Of a stretch of 64,000 bases of DNA, positions 35,416 through 50,011 are shown piece after piece. Within the stretch, counting starts at the first letter, position 1. Each line of letters begins with the position of its first letter. Source of the DNA: Vermamoeba vermiformis (taxonomy: Eukaryota). A program made the position numbers and the translations under genes. Below the pieces are notes generated by a model. It was not told the DNA's origin and did no database searches. It was given only the letters and a program-made list of their open reading frames with translations. The DNA lies in the NCBI GenBank assembly GCA_045837725.1, contig JBEWZL010000239.1, forward strand, positions 372,001 to 436,000, written 5' to 3'.

Positions 35416-38400
35416 TTACAAATAAGAAGCCCAGCCAATGTACATTTGATGCAAGTTTTCAAATGAGACTGCTTCATCGATGAGACTTTGCACTTGTCCT
35501 TCAACACTCAGCGGCATCAAGAACTCATGGCGATTGTTCGGTGTTCTCTTCTTGCCCTCTAGTCTATCACCAACACCTTTAAAGTACATTTTAGTACACT
35601 GATACAAAGTTGTAGCGGATCCAAACTTACCTTTCAGAATTCCCACGATCTCGGGATTTTCTTCGATAAAATCTCTATTGCTCGCCGTTTTGTTTTTGCC
35701 TTCAAACGAAGGATCGTAAACAAATGTCTCGAGCACAGATAACAACGTGTCTTTGTTTTCGCGCAACTGTCGCATGGTGACCTCGCACACTTGTCTGAAG
35801 GTGCCTTCATAGCCTAATGGTCCCAGAGCATCGACCATTTGTGGGGTCAATCTGAACGGCACCTTCTCAGGCTTATCAAACGTCAAGCCCTTGTAGAACA
35901 AACAGTTGAAATCTACGTGCACCACATCTCCACTCGATGAATCCAACAAAATATTTTCTCCGTGACGATCACCGAGACTACAAGCACATTAATTAACATA
36001 CAGTTATTACTTAAGGATGTATTTGGACTTACCCAACGACGTATCCGACCATGGACATGACTGCTAATGACCGAGCATAAGCCAATCTAGCTCGGAAGAA
36101 CGTTGAAGGCTCGGGGAATGTTTGCAAGAACCAGCGCCAAAATACTGGCGGGAACAACGGCAAGATCTCGTTCACAAAGACAATAAGACTTGGTCCGTCT
36201 TTTTCTTTGTTCGTGTTGCTGTGTTTGTTGTAGATCGCACGAACTTTCTCGAGCTGTTTCTATAAAAATCAGTATTAACATGCCCATATACTTATAGTTG
36301 AATACTTACAGAATCCTTATATATTCCTTCTTGTGCGAGCATCGCGTATATAATGTTTCTGAAGCCATTTGTGTTTGGCACCCACTCGATGAGACCGCAC
36401 TTGTCATTCAACGGCGTGACAAAATACGTTCGAATGTCTATTAAACATCATTAATATACAGTACTATAGTCTAATACTATCTTCTACTTACGTAGCTGTC
36501 TTCGTCTTGCGTCGGGATTTTTCTTGAGCAATTTGTTAATGACCGTATGAAATTCCATCATGCGGCTATCCTTTCGCAAATCGTCGTCAGGCTTGCACAA
36601 GAAAGTGTATCTGTTGCCGTCACTGCCAATAATCTTGATCTTCTTGGGCTTCTGAAGTGACCGCAAGACCTCGATCTCTTCAGCGAACCCTTTGATTGTC
36701 ACCATCCTGTCAGGGAACGGGTTGTAATCGTCTTCCGGCATGCGTGTGTGCGACGGCACTGTCACGGTCATTTGTGCTTGATTGGGAATGATCTGTTGAG
36801 ATTGAGTGTACTTCGCCAACTTCGGGAATTGTTTGGACATGTAGTAGGTCTGTGCGGTGCGTGAGGGACCAGATGAATAATTGCACAAGTCTAGTAAGTT
36901 CGTTGCCAAGGCTCCGTTCTCGGACAAAATCTCTTCGACGTCGTGCCTCAACTTTTTGTTGCCTTCTTTTTGGAGCTCTTTTTGCCTCTTCAGCGCTTCA
37001 GCCTTGATTTCATTGAACTTGTCCAATCGAGCTTTCAACGGTGACTTGTAAAGATACGCCAAATGCCATGACGCTTGATGAGGGAATTTCAACAACACCT
37101 TAAAAGTACATTAATAACCCCTGCAGCTAACTTCTAAGTCGTGTAAAACTTACTCTGACGATGATTTGACGGAGAGGTATCCAGACTTGTTTTGACGGTG
37201 TGCAAACTCGACTCATGAGTTGCGAGTACATGATGAGCCAGTACGCTGGAATGATCTTTGTGTTCGCCAAACAGTTCACTACCTTCTCAACCTTGCCGAT
37301 CGTGTACTCGACGCGTGATTTGGGCATGCCTGGAGGCTGTAGTTTGGTGGTGTAAGAATCGAACCACAGCGTTGTCAGCCGTGCCAGACTTTGATAAATG
37401 TACGTGTGGCCGCTGCGAATGGCCAAACCGTAGTTCGTGCACGCGTTGGGCACAAGATCCAGTGCGTACTTTTCCAACACTTTTCCTTCGCTTTTGCCAG
37501 ACTCTTTCCTCATCTCCGTGATCAAATGGTCGTAGTACTGAGCCAAGGCAAAGAATCCTTTTTCCCATTTACCAACTACTGACGATGCCGTGTTGAATCG
37601 TTGAAGAATAAGATCGTGCGAATATTGGCCAGTTTTGTGGTAGAACGTCGCTAATAGCTAGTTAGTACTATGTACTGCAACGAGACTTTGGACTTACCTA
37701 ACATCACCAAGTTCTTCGCAAAGCACAGGTCAGCAGGAGAATAAACCTTGTTTTTCTTGTTCTTGCCGCTAGTGTTCGTGCTTACTGTCTCGTCCGTGAC
37801 AAAATCGGACAACGACGGCCCCTCGCTCTTGATGTCCACAAGTGGTTTGTTCTCAATTTCACGCTTGAGTGTGATGATCGCCAGTGATTCTTTGCCTTGT
37901 TGAAGCAATAGCTTGGTATGCTCAACACTGTAGAAGTCAGGTCTTGGACGACATGCAGACGCCTTAAGCAACGCGTGCTCGGCTGCGTCATATTGGTAAG
38001 ATATTCTAGCTGTCTTTGCAAGGCGAAGCCAGTTTTGTCCAACTTCCATCGGCAAATACATTCCTGCAAGAACGATGCGCAAGTGCAGAATCTGCTCGTG
38101 AGGCTTGAACGAGTGCTGTGAAATTTTGAGTCTCGGCTCCCAAATTGACGGTAACTCCTGGGCTTGATTGTTCTTGACCAAGTTCCAACATTGCTCGAGC
38201 TCAGCAAGCATGTGCTCTTTGATAATGAAGGGATAAGCTCGTTCATATGAGTCCAAACTAGCAGCTGACAACGGTCCAACGAGCTCGTTTCGTGCTCTCG
38301 AAACCATGTCTTGGAACTCCTTCTCGTCATTCTTCTTCATGGCCACTAACGCCTTGGCCAGGTACACTTCGAAGTCGGGATCAATGACGCCAGGCAATAG

Positions 38401-41400
38401 GCTGTCCAACGCATTCCAGTTGCTCAAGCGCCATGCTGCTCTAATGCCGTGCAAGCGAATAATGCTAGAGCTTGACTTTGAGAATCTGTTCGTGTCGTAC
38501 AACGCTGCTCGTGCCAACTCCAGAACTTCTTCAACTCGACCCAAGTTCTGCAAGCACTTCAATCGGCCAGTGAACACTGTAATGTCATCTTCTTGCTCGC
38601 TCATTGCTTGGTCGTAGTACAGCAGTGCTTCGTGCCATCGGCCTTGAGCTTCAAGCTCAGTGATTTGTTCAATTGTAGAAGCCGCTGAACGGAGGTTACT
38701 GAGACCTCCTACAGAGTCCAGCTCATCAAGACCTGAGTAGACTTTTTGAAGGAAGCTTAAGTCGGCGGCAATAAAGTCCTTGTAATCTCGCTTATTCCTC
38801 TCTTTCATCACTTTGCGGATATGAGTCTCGTAGTACAGCAGTGCTCGGGCATAGGCTTTGACACGCAGTGCTGCCTTAGCGAGATCCATTTGTGGAATGT
38901 CATCTAGTAACTCCTCGACTCGTCTGAGTGCTGTTGATGGCGATCCTCTCATTCCTTTAGTAGGACTTCGCGTATTCTTTTCTGTCAACGCTCTCTTCTT
39001 CAATTCGACGTGTCTGTTCAACGAGTCCAAAAGTGAAAACACTCGCTGCGTTGCTTCTTGGCTGATCTCCGAGGCAGGTTGCTACAACACATTAGTAAAG
39101 GTAATCATAATGAAAATATCGTACACCTACACCACCCGCATTCTTATGAGGACTCATCTCCATCGGATTTTGTATCACAGCGATAATTTCGTCGCGGATT
39201 TGCTTGTATTCCGGAGCTGAGCCTTGCGTCAAGCTGTGAAGCACCAAATGAGGCAACAAGAAGTGTGCAGTGTCCAAGTCTACTTTGACAACTCCTTTGC
39301 AGGCAAGGAACATGGGATGATTCGTGCGATCGATGAGCATGAGAACCCACTCGGTGACCCATTTGCGGTACGGCAAGAACGACTTGTAAATCACACCATT
39401 GGGAATTGGAGAGTTTTTCTGAAGTTCGTAATAGTGAGAGCTCAAGAACGGTCTGATGATCAATTGAACTTCAGGAGGCAACTTAATCCAGAAATTTCCT
39501 CCTTTGTCGGGTGTAGTTGAACGCCCTTCAATTGTCTCCTCGGAGCATCCGAAATACTTGAGAATTTCTTGAATGGCAAATGCAGCACGGTCCTGTGAGT
39601 TGCCAGGACGATCGGTTCTGTAGCACTTGACCAAGTAATCCTTGATTAGCTCGATGGCCAGAGCAGCATTCTCTTTGTCCAACGAAGTACCATACTCCGA
39701 AGCAACCACGATAGGCACTCGACTAGGGTCAATGGCGCCGAGTTCACCGAGTGCAATTCCGACTTTCAATCGGACGCTAAAAAATTATTGTCAATTTAAC
39801 TAACTCCTTTAATTGAGTGCGCGAACTTACTTCTTGTTCGGATCTCTGCAGCCCTCCAAAAGGACTTCGACAAAAGACTTAACGAACGGATTGGACTTCT
39901 CGTTCAAGATAGCATCCTCCATATCTTTGCGCTTTTCCTGCGACACGAAGTTGTTAGTTGTGTCTTAACATCTCAAGTGTACTTACTCTGATAACCTTGA
40001 TGATTCGATCCAAGGCAAGCTCTCGGACGTTAGCACTATCGTGTCTGAAGACTCTGATCAAACGAGCGATTGTATCTTGAAGGCTTGCTTCACTAGTTCC
40101 CGCCGAGGTCTCGTACATTGCTGCGACTCGTTGCAATGCCGGGATGTTGTCGGGCATGAACGGAATTTCGCTGTAAAACTCTTGCAGTGTCGCAGCGCTG
40201 GGGCCAAAGAAGAAGAATTCCAAGATCTTTAGCACTTTGTCTTGGTGCTCATTGACGAATCCCAACATGTGAACAACCATCTGACTGAGCACTGTTCCGA
40301 GAGTGGTAGTCTTCAAATGCTTGACGAGCACTAACCACGTCTCAAGAGCCTCGGGAACTAATGGCGGGTACTTCTCTGCCAACATGATCGTGTTGCCAAT
40401 CTTCAAATGGAACGTCTCCAAGTGCTCTCCAAGCAAACCAATTAGCTCTCGAACAGCTTGCAAGGTTTGAAGCTTCTTTTCCATGGTTGTCTTTGACGAC
40501 AGCTTCTTCGAGAAAATGTTCATAATTGCCAAGAAGCAGTCCTTTAAGAAGGTTGATAATTGGCACTGGCTGTCACCCGCTTGCTGACAAGTAGCATGGA
40601 GTGCTTTGTGTGCACGTTGTTTGAACGGTTCAGGGTTCGTCATTTTAAGCAGCAGCTTCGTCACGAGTTGGAAACGGCACTTTGAGAACAAGCCGGCTAA
40701 CTTCACGTCCGTCAGTTGGTTCAACATTTCAGTACACATATTGACGGCTTGCTTTGGACGAGGGTGAAGCAAGCAGTGGGCTAAAATGTATGGTGAATAT
40801 TTCAGCAGCATTTCCTAATAATATTAGTTAGTACTGATCGCGATAATCACGTTAAAAAACCAAACTAGCTCGTACTTTTGGAGGTATGTCAAGCCGAGAT
40901 GAAATCTCCATGATAAGTGCTTTCTTTTGCTCGATCTCGTTGATAGACGTTGTTGAACCCAAAGTTTCATCAGCGATAATGTGAGGCAAGTAAATCTTCA
41001 TATTATTTCTCAAGAAGTCACGATACTCGAGATCGAGAAGCGCCGAACTAAATTCCATCACGAGCTCGGGAGCCTCTAACAAGCGGTGGACGATTCTCGG
41101 GTACAGTTTGTGTTTGCAACTGGCGAGCAGTGCTCCCATGGTGATTTTCTTCTTATCCGCAATCAAGCGTATTTGATCGTACGCAGTTGCCTTAATTGTG
41201 GAATCGTTGTGCGTCAGATTGTCAATCAGCTTAATCAAGCAGTACGTCAATGCGTCCTCCTTAACGAATGAACCAGCCAAGCCAATAACGTTCTAATTAG
41301 TGTTAATAAAGGGCGACATGGACCAACCAGTTAACTTACGAGTACAGTCGGCTTTTCTGTTGCGGCCTCAAGTGCATTGAGCTCGATGAACATTTTCTCA

Positions 41401-44245
41401 AGCATAGGCATATTATTGAGGAGGACAAATGGAACAACAGCTGTGTGTTAAAGATTAGAAGAGCTTTCTTTCGGTGCTATTCAGTTCACTTACCCTCAGG
41501 AATAGCCGCTCTGATTGCAGGATCGTTCTCCTTTGAGAAGCTCAGAATGGTGCTCAGCAGTTTGAATAAGTCCTCTTCTGGCACTGGCACATGTCGCATT
41601 ATTCTTTGAAGTGAAGATAAGAACGCCACTCTAACTTCTGAATTCCTCTTCTCGTCCATGTACACGAACAAATCTTTCAGTCGTCTGAAGGTAATCTGCT
41701 CAACAGTGTTCACGATGTCGATGCGATTCGCGAGGGCATACTCCTCAGCATTGATGCGACCTTTGATCGGCTTGTACTCCGAGGGAAATCGCTTGTGAAG
41801 TGCGCACGCTTGACAGTGATTCAAGAACGTTAGTGAGTATTCGGAGCTGTCTGGAGCAATGCGCCAAGTGTTGTCGTCTTTGAGGTATTCGAACTCGCAC
41901 TCTTTTGGATTGCGTCGTTGAGTGTACAAGCACGTCCAGTGGCCCACAAAAAATGCCAAATGACGCTGAAGTTGAACATCCTCGGAGTCAATAAAGGACC
42001 TGAACAGACGTCGCGTTAGCTCTACGTATGCGAGGTAACCGTTAAACTTACATTATGAGTGGTATGAAGTCATTTAGATGATCTGCTCCATTGCGTAGAA
42101 GGAACAGCGATATTGCACGAATAGCGCAACACTTCACGCTGGGTCTCTCGTCACGAAGGCAAGCAGTCAAAATCTTTTTGCGTTGACTCGTGATTAGGCG
42201 CGGAGGCAACCAATTCAACGCGCACAATGCCTTGTCGACAATCGACACGACAATTGGCTCTTTGGAAGAGTGAATGCAGTGCTCCATGGGGGCAATTGCG
42301 TCGTGGATCGTGTACTTCTTGGGCAAAGCTTTTGATGTGATTGAAATTGCGTCTGACCAAGGGAACGTCAGGATGCGAATGATTTGTTCGAAGAGTGTTG
42401 ACAGTTCTTGAGCGTCCAAAGTGAACAACAGCTCTCGAATGGATGACACGGCGATGTTGACAGCTGTCAGTATGGCATGATCGTGCGATCTTTTCTCGCA
42501 TAACTTCATCTCCAAATGTTCCAAGAAATCGCTGTATTTCTTCGAGATGGTATCGAATTGATAAATCTCTTTGAACTCGATAAACACCCGCGAAATTACA
42601 TCAACTGTAACTGCAGTTTTCAGTATTGTTGCAGAAGGTGCTCTGGCGAATTCAAAAGTGCAATTGTCCAAAAGAGACAGCAATCGAGTTAGCACGGCAG
42701 AGCCAGCGATGGACGAATAACTCTGCTCGTACTCGTTGAAGTCCAGTTTCCTTCTCTTTGGTGGCTTTTGTTCAATGTCTGTTTGTGTCGTCCTTGTCTC
42801 GTGCTTGATCGCTGTAATCAAACACTCGGTCATGATCTTGCTGAGTGCCAAGTCGTCGATGAACGGCATTAGAACATCAGATAGTTTCTCCACTAATGAG
42901 GGGTACTTTGGGATCCACACATTGAGGACTGTACAGAGTGACGCCTAGAACTTGCGTTAGACTTGCATTGCGCCTTAATCAGCCAGCCAGTAACGTACCT
43001 TCAGAGGTTGGCATCGAGAATATTGTAACGTGTATTGTAATATCTCCATGAAGCCGAGGGACAAAGGCTGAATTGAGTCGGCACGTAATAACGGCAATAC
43101 TTTCAAGATACATTGACTCAGCTTCACGTCTGTCTCGTCACTTCTGTCCTCCGAGATTGTTAATAACTGGCAAAGCACTTTCGCCAATTCGTCCAAGATC
43201 GGAGCTGGTGCACCACAGTACGTCAGCAATAAATCTATTGTATGAAGTGTTTCCTAATTAAACGCTATTAATATCAATCAAATTACTCGGTGACAAAGTG
43301 AAAGGGTAGATCTTACGGTGAGCATGTCCATTGATTGATGTCGTTGTATGTACAAAAATAGAAGTTCCCATATATTGTTCGATATGTCGGGTAAGAATTG
43401 ATGTGCTTTTTCGATGAATCTGCCGTATAAATTTACAATGCAACACTAACAATGAAGTTAGTTACACGAGATCTGCTAACTTTGAGGGACTTGCCTGAAT
43501 ATTCATGATCTTTTCTAACGATGACACGTCTAAGTCTGCTTCGGGGACGGGTTGGTCTGGATCTTCGGGCATTCTGAAATGCGGTGCAAACGTTAAGAAA
43601 CACTTGAGTTTTATGCCAACTTGTCCGTCAGATGGGGTTTGAAAATATGTATACACCTCCTCCAAATCTAATGAAAAGGAATTATAATCACGTCAATATC
43701 TACTAGAACGTCATGTAGTACCTTTTAATAGCAGCAAGGCATCTTTGAAGAAACTTCTGAAAACAGTCAGATCTCGCGTGAATACGAGGTTGAGTAACAG
43801 TTGCATAACATCTATTTCTGCTCTAAATAATTCACTATTGATAGGTGCGTTGCCTACGATGCCAATAAGTCTTAGTACGTAGTGACCAACGATGGAACTG
43901 TTGTCATCGTGGTAGAGGATGTCAGCCGCTCGCTTCTCGATCCATTTGTGAAGGGTTTGTAAATATCCTTTGGCACTTTCTACATTTATAACGTGATTAG
44001 AAATTAATTGGGCAGATAATTGATTTTAATTTGACAGAGATCCGCAAATTATTTTTTAAGCAGAATAAAATGAGTTATTATTATTGAAATTATTAACATT
44101 TTTTTGTACAAATTTACGTACGAGAACTAATATTCTTTTCCAGAGGAGTAAATACCACAGATGGAAACTTTGCTTTGACTTCGCGGGCCCTTTCATCCTC
44201 TGGCAGGTCATTTAATTTTTGAATCCACTTTCCTACGTCTGTCAT
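35416..44245 (-). CDS. ATR: ATR/Mec1 PIKK checkpoint kinase (multi-exon)
   Basis: LGELGAIDP, AYARALLYYE (FAT), SLQKPKK, DDLRKDSRMMEF, GLGDRHGENIL, VHVDFNCLF, and FATC LHQMYIGWASYL. The start (MTDVGKWIQK) is inferred from splice phase. Confidence 0.95.
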
Positions 44246-44562
44246 TTGTGTTCTCGTGTCCGGTTGCTCGATCTAAAATAAACTTCAGATCCAAATTTCC
44301 TGGAACCCGTTTTTTTGCTTTTTGCTCCACTTTATTTCGCGTCGTGCTCAGCTGCTTAGTACCACTAGTAGGGTATGTGTTTAAACTCCGCACCAAATGC
44401 CTCTATTTTGGTTGCTTATTTTTTGGCGGGATCGGTAGCTTTTGATGCTGTCGTTTGTTATCTGCGGCTATAATTTTCTTTTATCATTCTATATTTTTAA
44501 AATTAAATTTGTGCTACGATCTGCATATTTGATTGAGTGACAATTTATTAATGACTTTCCAG

Positions 44563-46371
44563 ATGAGCGAAAAAAAGGTCTTGCGTTGCACGATGTGCAG
44601 ACGCATTCTAAAGGAATGCAATGCCGATCCTTGTCCAGGCAAGATAATTAAGAAAGAACAAAAGCTAAATAAGAGCACGTCATCAGTGCCAGCACCAGCC
44701 TCACCCAAAAAGAATACCTTAGCACAGTCACATCCGGTTGAAACTGACGAAGAGTTGGCTAAAATGCTCGACAATAAGCTAATTATTAACGAGAATACTG
44801 GAGAAAATCAATTCAAAGTGATCACACAGTTAGAACGAAACTTTGGTATTTTAGGCCAAGGACATTGGTGCACGGTCAAAGAAGTCAAAAAACAAGGCGT
44901 CGTTGTAGATATAATTATAGAAACACCTGTGCAACGGTTCATACTCAACGATATTTTAATGCTCTGGTCTGATTTTCCTAAAGAAGTTCAAAATATACCT
45001 GAAGACGAGAGGATTAAGATCACCCAAGAACGATTACTCAAAGGCACTGAATTTAAAATTGTAGCTAACAAGATTATGCACGGCATGCTCAGAGTGATCC
45101 CTTCAAAATTCGCGAACTTGAAGCTGAAGATGCCTCAAGCCATTGTCCCTGCTCCACGTACGTGCAATCTGGTCTAAAATTATCTCACGTCGTACTAACA
45201 TTCCTTTGATATAGCTAGATGTCCTTATCAATACCTCGTTGTCTTAGATCTCGAAGCGACATGCGATTACAGTACGTGACATTGTGCAGAACTTAAAAAA
45301 AATTATTGACACGTGCCTTTTTAGGTCCGGATCCACTCGTAACAGTGAGGACAGCCGAAGTCATAGAATTTCCCTGGTTAGTCATCGACACGGCTACACG
45401 TCAAATTATCGATAACAAGCAAATATTCGTCAAGCCTGATTATATGGAAGGCATTACTTACTACTGCACAAAATTGACTGGTATTTCTGCTGAGACCGTG
45501 CAAAACGCACCTAAACTGCCCGATGCTATTAAAGCCGTAAGTAATAATGCCCTTGATAGGAAGTACATCCGTCTAATCGTCCTCGTTAGTTCAATACCTA
45601 TCTTACGACACGACTGGGCATTGATCGCGACAAGTTCAAAATTGTCACTGACGGAGTGTGGGACATTCAAGTGCAATTAATGATGGAAGCGCCAAAGAAA
45701 GGCATTGCGTTAGGTAAGCATCTCTCTTGAAGTCATAACGATTTCGCTGGTCGGTTTTGTAATGAATACTTAATTTTAGATGAATGGTGGTGGAAAGAAT
45801 ATTTCGACGTTAAATCAGAGTTTAAGAAATATTATCCATATTTCCCTGCGACCTGGCGACCCTCATTGAAAGAAATGCTGAAAGGTAGTAGTTCACTTTG
45901 ATCCGGCAAGCAAGCAACGAGTATTCTCTAATGGCTTATTATTTTAGCGTTCGATTTAAATATTGTTGGCAAGCACCACAGTGGCATTGACGATTGCAAA
46001 TCGATCGCACAAGTAGTGATCAGGTTGCTGGAATTAGGGCACAAGTTTGATGACCCAAAGAACGTGCCTAAAGACTACGATCCGTGGACTGACCCTCTTT
46101 TCATTGATTTTGGAAGCAAATCTGAGCCCGATGCTTGGTTCTGTGCTACTCCTGGATGCGCTGTTTGGAACCGGTACGCGACAATAATTTAATTCGTCCG
46201 TGGCCACATATTAACTTATTCTACGACCAATATAGCCCCTGGATGCACTATTGTAGATTTTGCGATAACAAGCGCGTCGTAGAACAAAAAGTTGGAGACA
46301 ACGGTGGATTTGCTAGCGATGAAGATCTTGATGACGATCCTGATGACGAAGATGTGCTGAACGATTACTAA
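44563..46371 (+). CDS. ERI1/ERI2-like DEDDh 3'-5' exonuclease with N-terminal extension and C-terminal RanBP2-like zinc finger
   Basis: YLVVLDLEATCD, EVIEFP, CTKLTGI, VTDGVWD and HHSGIDDCKSIA. C-terminal WFCATPGCAVWN|RPWMHYCRFC. Confidence 0.85.
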
Positions 46372-46463
46372 TGACTTTCTTTTTGTAAATAAATGTCCGC
46401 TTCCACTTCAGATTCTAATTTGGATCATTTTTTTAAGCCTAACAGCAACAGAGCAACATAGCA

Positions 46464-47510
46464 ATGAACAACGGAGTAAATATGGCACGACGCATTGCTG
46501 TTGTGACCGGTACAAATAGAGGTCCGCCCTTAGAGCCTAAGTTAAGGATTAATACTGACGAAAAATTTGTAGGAATCGGATTTGAAATTTGTAAGCAATT
46601 AAGCGAGAAAGGAGTGACCACTATAATGACCAGTCGAGATGAAACAAAAGGAAAAAAAGCAATGAACGAGTTATTGAATATTCTGGCCAAATCCGGGGTA
46701 GATGCGAAAGATAAATTATTCTTTCACCCATTAGACGTCGTTTCCAATGACAGCATTGAGAAATTTAAAAAATACCTGGTCGACAATTTTAATCACGTCG
46801 ATATCTTGGTATGTATGCGCTATTGTCTCGATTTTTAATTGCTAAAAATGAAAAATTTTGGCTCAGATCAATAATGCTGGTATCTATGTCAACAAATGGG
46901 ACGCACAATCGTTCAAAGAAACTATGGAAACAAATGTGCATGGCCCTATTAGATTCACAGACGCACTTTTGCCGCTAATGAAGGTACACCTAGATTTGTT
47001 GTTCTCGGCGAAACGGAACCTAATCGTGCGATTCAGGAAAAGAAATTCGGACGCATTGTAACTCTCAGTAGTGGGTTAGGAGACTTATCAAATGTCTCCA
47101 AAGCATATCAGGACATTATTACAAAGCCAGATCTTACCATTCCCGAGCTATTTAGTACGTTAATAGGCTTTTTTTTGCAACACAATTAACGTGCGTTTTA
47201 AAGGTGTTCCTTTTATGGCAAACGATGCGCAAAAGAATAAGTTCTACGGAGCTTATTGCCTTTCAAAGGCGATGGTCAACGCTCACGCTAGAGTACTGCA
47301 AAAAGAGTTAGATAACAGTGGATTTCCTCACATTCGCGTTGCAGCTATAGATCCAGGCTGGTAAGGAGCAATTTTACGTTGATTTTTCTGGAAAGCGATC
47401 CTGACACTTTGTGTTGTAGGGTTCAAACCGATATGGGAGGTCCTAATGCACCAAAGCCTGTACACGAAGGTGCTAAAGGAACTGTTGATTTTGTGACAAA
47501 GGATATTTAG
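46464..47510 (+). CDS. Carbonyl-reductase-like short-chain dehydrogenase (SDR)
   Basis: AVVTGTNRGIG, DILINNAG, YCLSK (YxxxK) and DPGWVQTDMGG across several introns. Confidence 0.92.
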
Positions 47511-47603
47511 ATAAATTCTATTGCCTTTTTAAGCACTCGCCAGGTTCGCTGGGTTAGCTCCCAATAATTTTTGTTTTATTTTTAAAAAATACTACAAATA
47601 TTA

Positions 47604-48002
47604 TTAGCAAATTCCACCACAAGTGGCGTACTGGTAGGCTCCCAACAAAGGAGGATGCGGAAGACCGCGAACCAAGCTTACTGACTGGCAACGTCTGAAG
47701 CAGCCAAATGTATTGTCGTACTTGAAGCTAAATCCTTCTCTAGTGACCAAAGAGGTCATGTGACCATCGTAGTATTCGACGGCATCCTCGTAGACATCCT
47801 GGAAAAGCACGTTTCCATTCTCATCCGTGGAAATAATTTTAACGAGCACGCCAGAGCCAGAAGATTGATCGGTGATAGTAATATTATACCAGCCTCCTCC
47901 AAGTGTAGCTTTGCTGGCCCTTACGCTATTGGACGCATCCGCCGCGACGAGAATGGCAGATGCAAGGAAAGTAAGCAGTAAAACAACGAGCTTTGTGGTC
48001 AT
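47604..48002 (-). CDS. Small secreted hypothetical protein (~132 aa)
   Basis: Intronless ORF with a clear signal peptide (MTTKLVVLLLTFLASAILVAADA) and four C-terminal Cys. Confidence 0.6.
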   Translation of the reverse strand: MTTKLVVLLLTFLASAILVAADASNSVRASKATLGGGWYNITITDQSSGSGVLVKIISTDENGNVLFQDVYEDAVEYYDGHMTSLVTREGFSFKYDNTFGCFRRCQSVSLVRGLPHPPLLGAYQYATCGGIC

Positions 48003-48377
48003 CTTGGTAAATATTGAAATTAATTTCAATAATTGTTTGATCAGACAGCGTGTTCCCTTTTATTGCTGGTCCTCCGAACCATCTCCACGTGCTCCGACGC
48101 GTCTCCGAAGGTTCCAAAAATACTTTTTAGGAACGAATTTCACTTACCTTTTTCCAACCATCTGATGTTCGTGTGTACGAAAAACGTTACGGTCTCAAGT
48201 AGTACTACGACCACTTTAAGCAAAGATATTTATTACAAGCAGGTTACACCGACTATGAACATCATTTACACAAAGAAATAAAGAGAATACTTAATTACAG
48301 TCATATACAAATGGATATCGAATGAATAGCAAAATTGAGGTGATGCTGGTTATACCAGCCAATTGAATCATAGCTCC

Positions 48378-49372
48378 TTAGGCAGTGGAGCTGAACAAGC
48401 CGCGAGCAACACGCTTGAAAGCACTGAAGTATCGCTGGGTGTAGTTCTTGAGCAAGAGCATTGAAAGGCGCTGGAATCCATAGCGCGACAACAACGAGGC
48501 TGTTACGACCATTGTGACGAACTTGAGCACTGCTTCGGACAGTTGTCGAGTCAAGCTTTGAAACAAGTTTTCAGGCGTTCTGCCAGCACCCACTGTCTCT
48601 TCTTCGAGCTGAATAGGACGCTCTTGTCTTCTTCTAGCTTGCTGTGCGGCAGGCAAGTCAGCGGCATCTAGGTGCACGATGCGAATGGGACCGCTTGTCG
48701 ACGGGACGAAATTTCCATTTGACGGAGTGTCAAGCTCGTGTGGTTCCAGGAGATTTTTAAGGCCTTTTCCCGCGCTTACGTCGTAAAGAGAAATAACTTG
48801 ACCGTCACGAGTTGTCTTGTTGAGCTTAACATCTTCGACACTGAAGTACTTCGAGTAAGTCAAGGACGAGTAGAATCCTTTCAGTGCCTTCGGATTATCT
48901 ACGAGAAGACTATCCTTCCCAGCCTCGTTGATAAGAGCCTCCATAATTTCAGTGGCTTTGTCAGGCGAGGTCAAGAGACGCTCCGCATGTTCTTTTTCCA
49001 ATGATTTGAGAACATCCGAGACGTGACCAAGAACTTTACTCTCAATTTGTGCTAGAAGGGCCTCGTCCTCAACAACTTCATCAACCATATCATTCCAAAG
49101 AGCTGCCAATCTCGGATCACTTTTAATACAATTTTAGTTAGAGAAATTTGATTCGAGATCTGGTTTATTTTTAGCCTTATCATTGCTTACCCTTGAATAT
49201 TGTTAAAAATGAAGTCCTTATCATTAGTAGTAAATACTTGTTCCAATTCCTCGATAGCTGCAATTTGTTGTTCCTTTTGATTAAAGAGCGAGCCAGGAGA
49301 CTCATAGTCTGCATCCGGACGAACTCGCAATTTTCGTCCTGCGATTACCGCGATTGCGCCGTAGACAGACAT
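48378..49372 (-). CDS. Hypothetical protein (~305 aa, two exons)
   Basis: ORF 49187-49372 joins 48378-49109 in frame via a GT-AG intron (IQG|DPRLAALW). Helical, acidic N-half and basic/hydrophobic C-terminus. No family recognised. Confidence 0.65.
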
Positions 49373-49540
49373 TTAAAAATACAGATGTTGTCTCTTGATG
49401 CAAGTAGAGTTTGTAATTAAAAGGAAATTTTGAATTTGAATAGAAAGCAAAAATTCTGCGACAAAATCTTTCGCTAGAACTTTGTAGCGAGCCTTTGTCT
49501 GACTTCATTATTACTTTAACGAGTCATATACAATTGCATA

Positions 49541-50011
49541 ATGAGCAACATTAATCTTGGCGGTAAGCGCGATCGAAATCATGCCTGGATTCACTTACCA
49601 ATCCTTTGACAGCTGCTGCGCTCGTAGCCATTGGAGGCACTATGGGCTATATGAAGACTGGTTCGATCACTTCATTAGCTACTGCTATTATTTTCGCCGT
49701 CTTGGTTGCTTTCTCCGCGTTCCGTCTCAAGCAAAAAGATCTAAAAGCCCCTACTATCTTAAAAGGTAATTAATTATTTAAAATTATGTTTATACGATGC
49801 ACGAATACCACGCCAAATCTAAGCTCTATTTCTAATTTTCTAATTATTTTATTGATTTTTTTATTTTTGCTTAGTTTTGTGGCTTCTCCTAGCAGTGGTC
49901 ATGGGCTACAGATTCTCTCAATCATTCAAAATTATGCCCGCTGGTGTTGTATTTTTACTCAGCGTTCTTATGTTCGCTTATAACAGTTTGTATGTCAAAA
50001 AAACAAAATAA
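49541..50011 (+). CDS. TMEM14: TMEM14-family small membrane protein (missed by the ORF track)
   Basis: Three exons give MSNINLGAAALVAIGGTMGYMKTGSITSL...VMGYRFSQSFKIMPAG...YVKKTK*, matching the TMEM14 GGxMGYxKxGSxxSL and MGxRFxxSxKxMPAG signatures. Confidence 0.88.
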
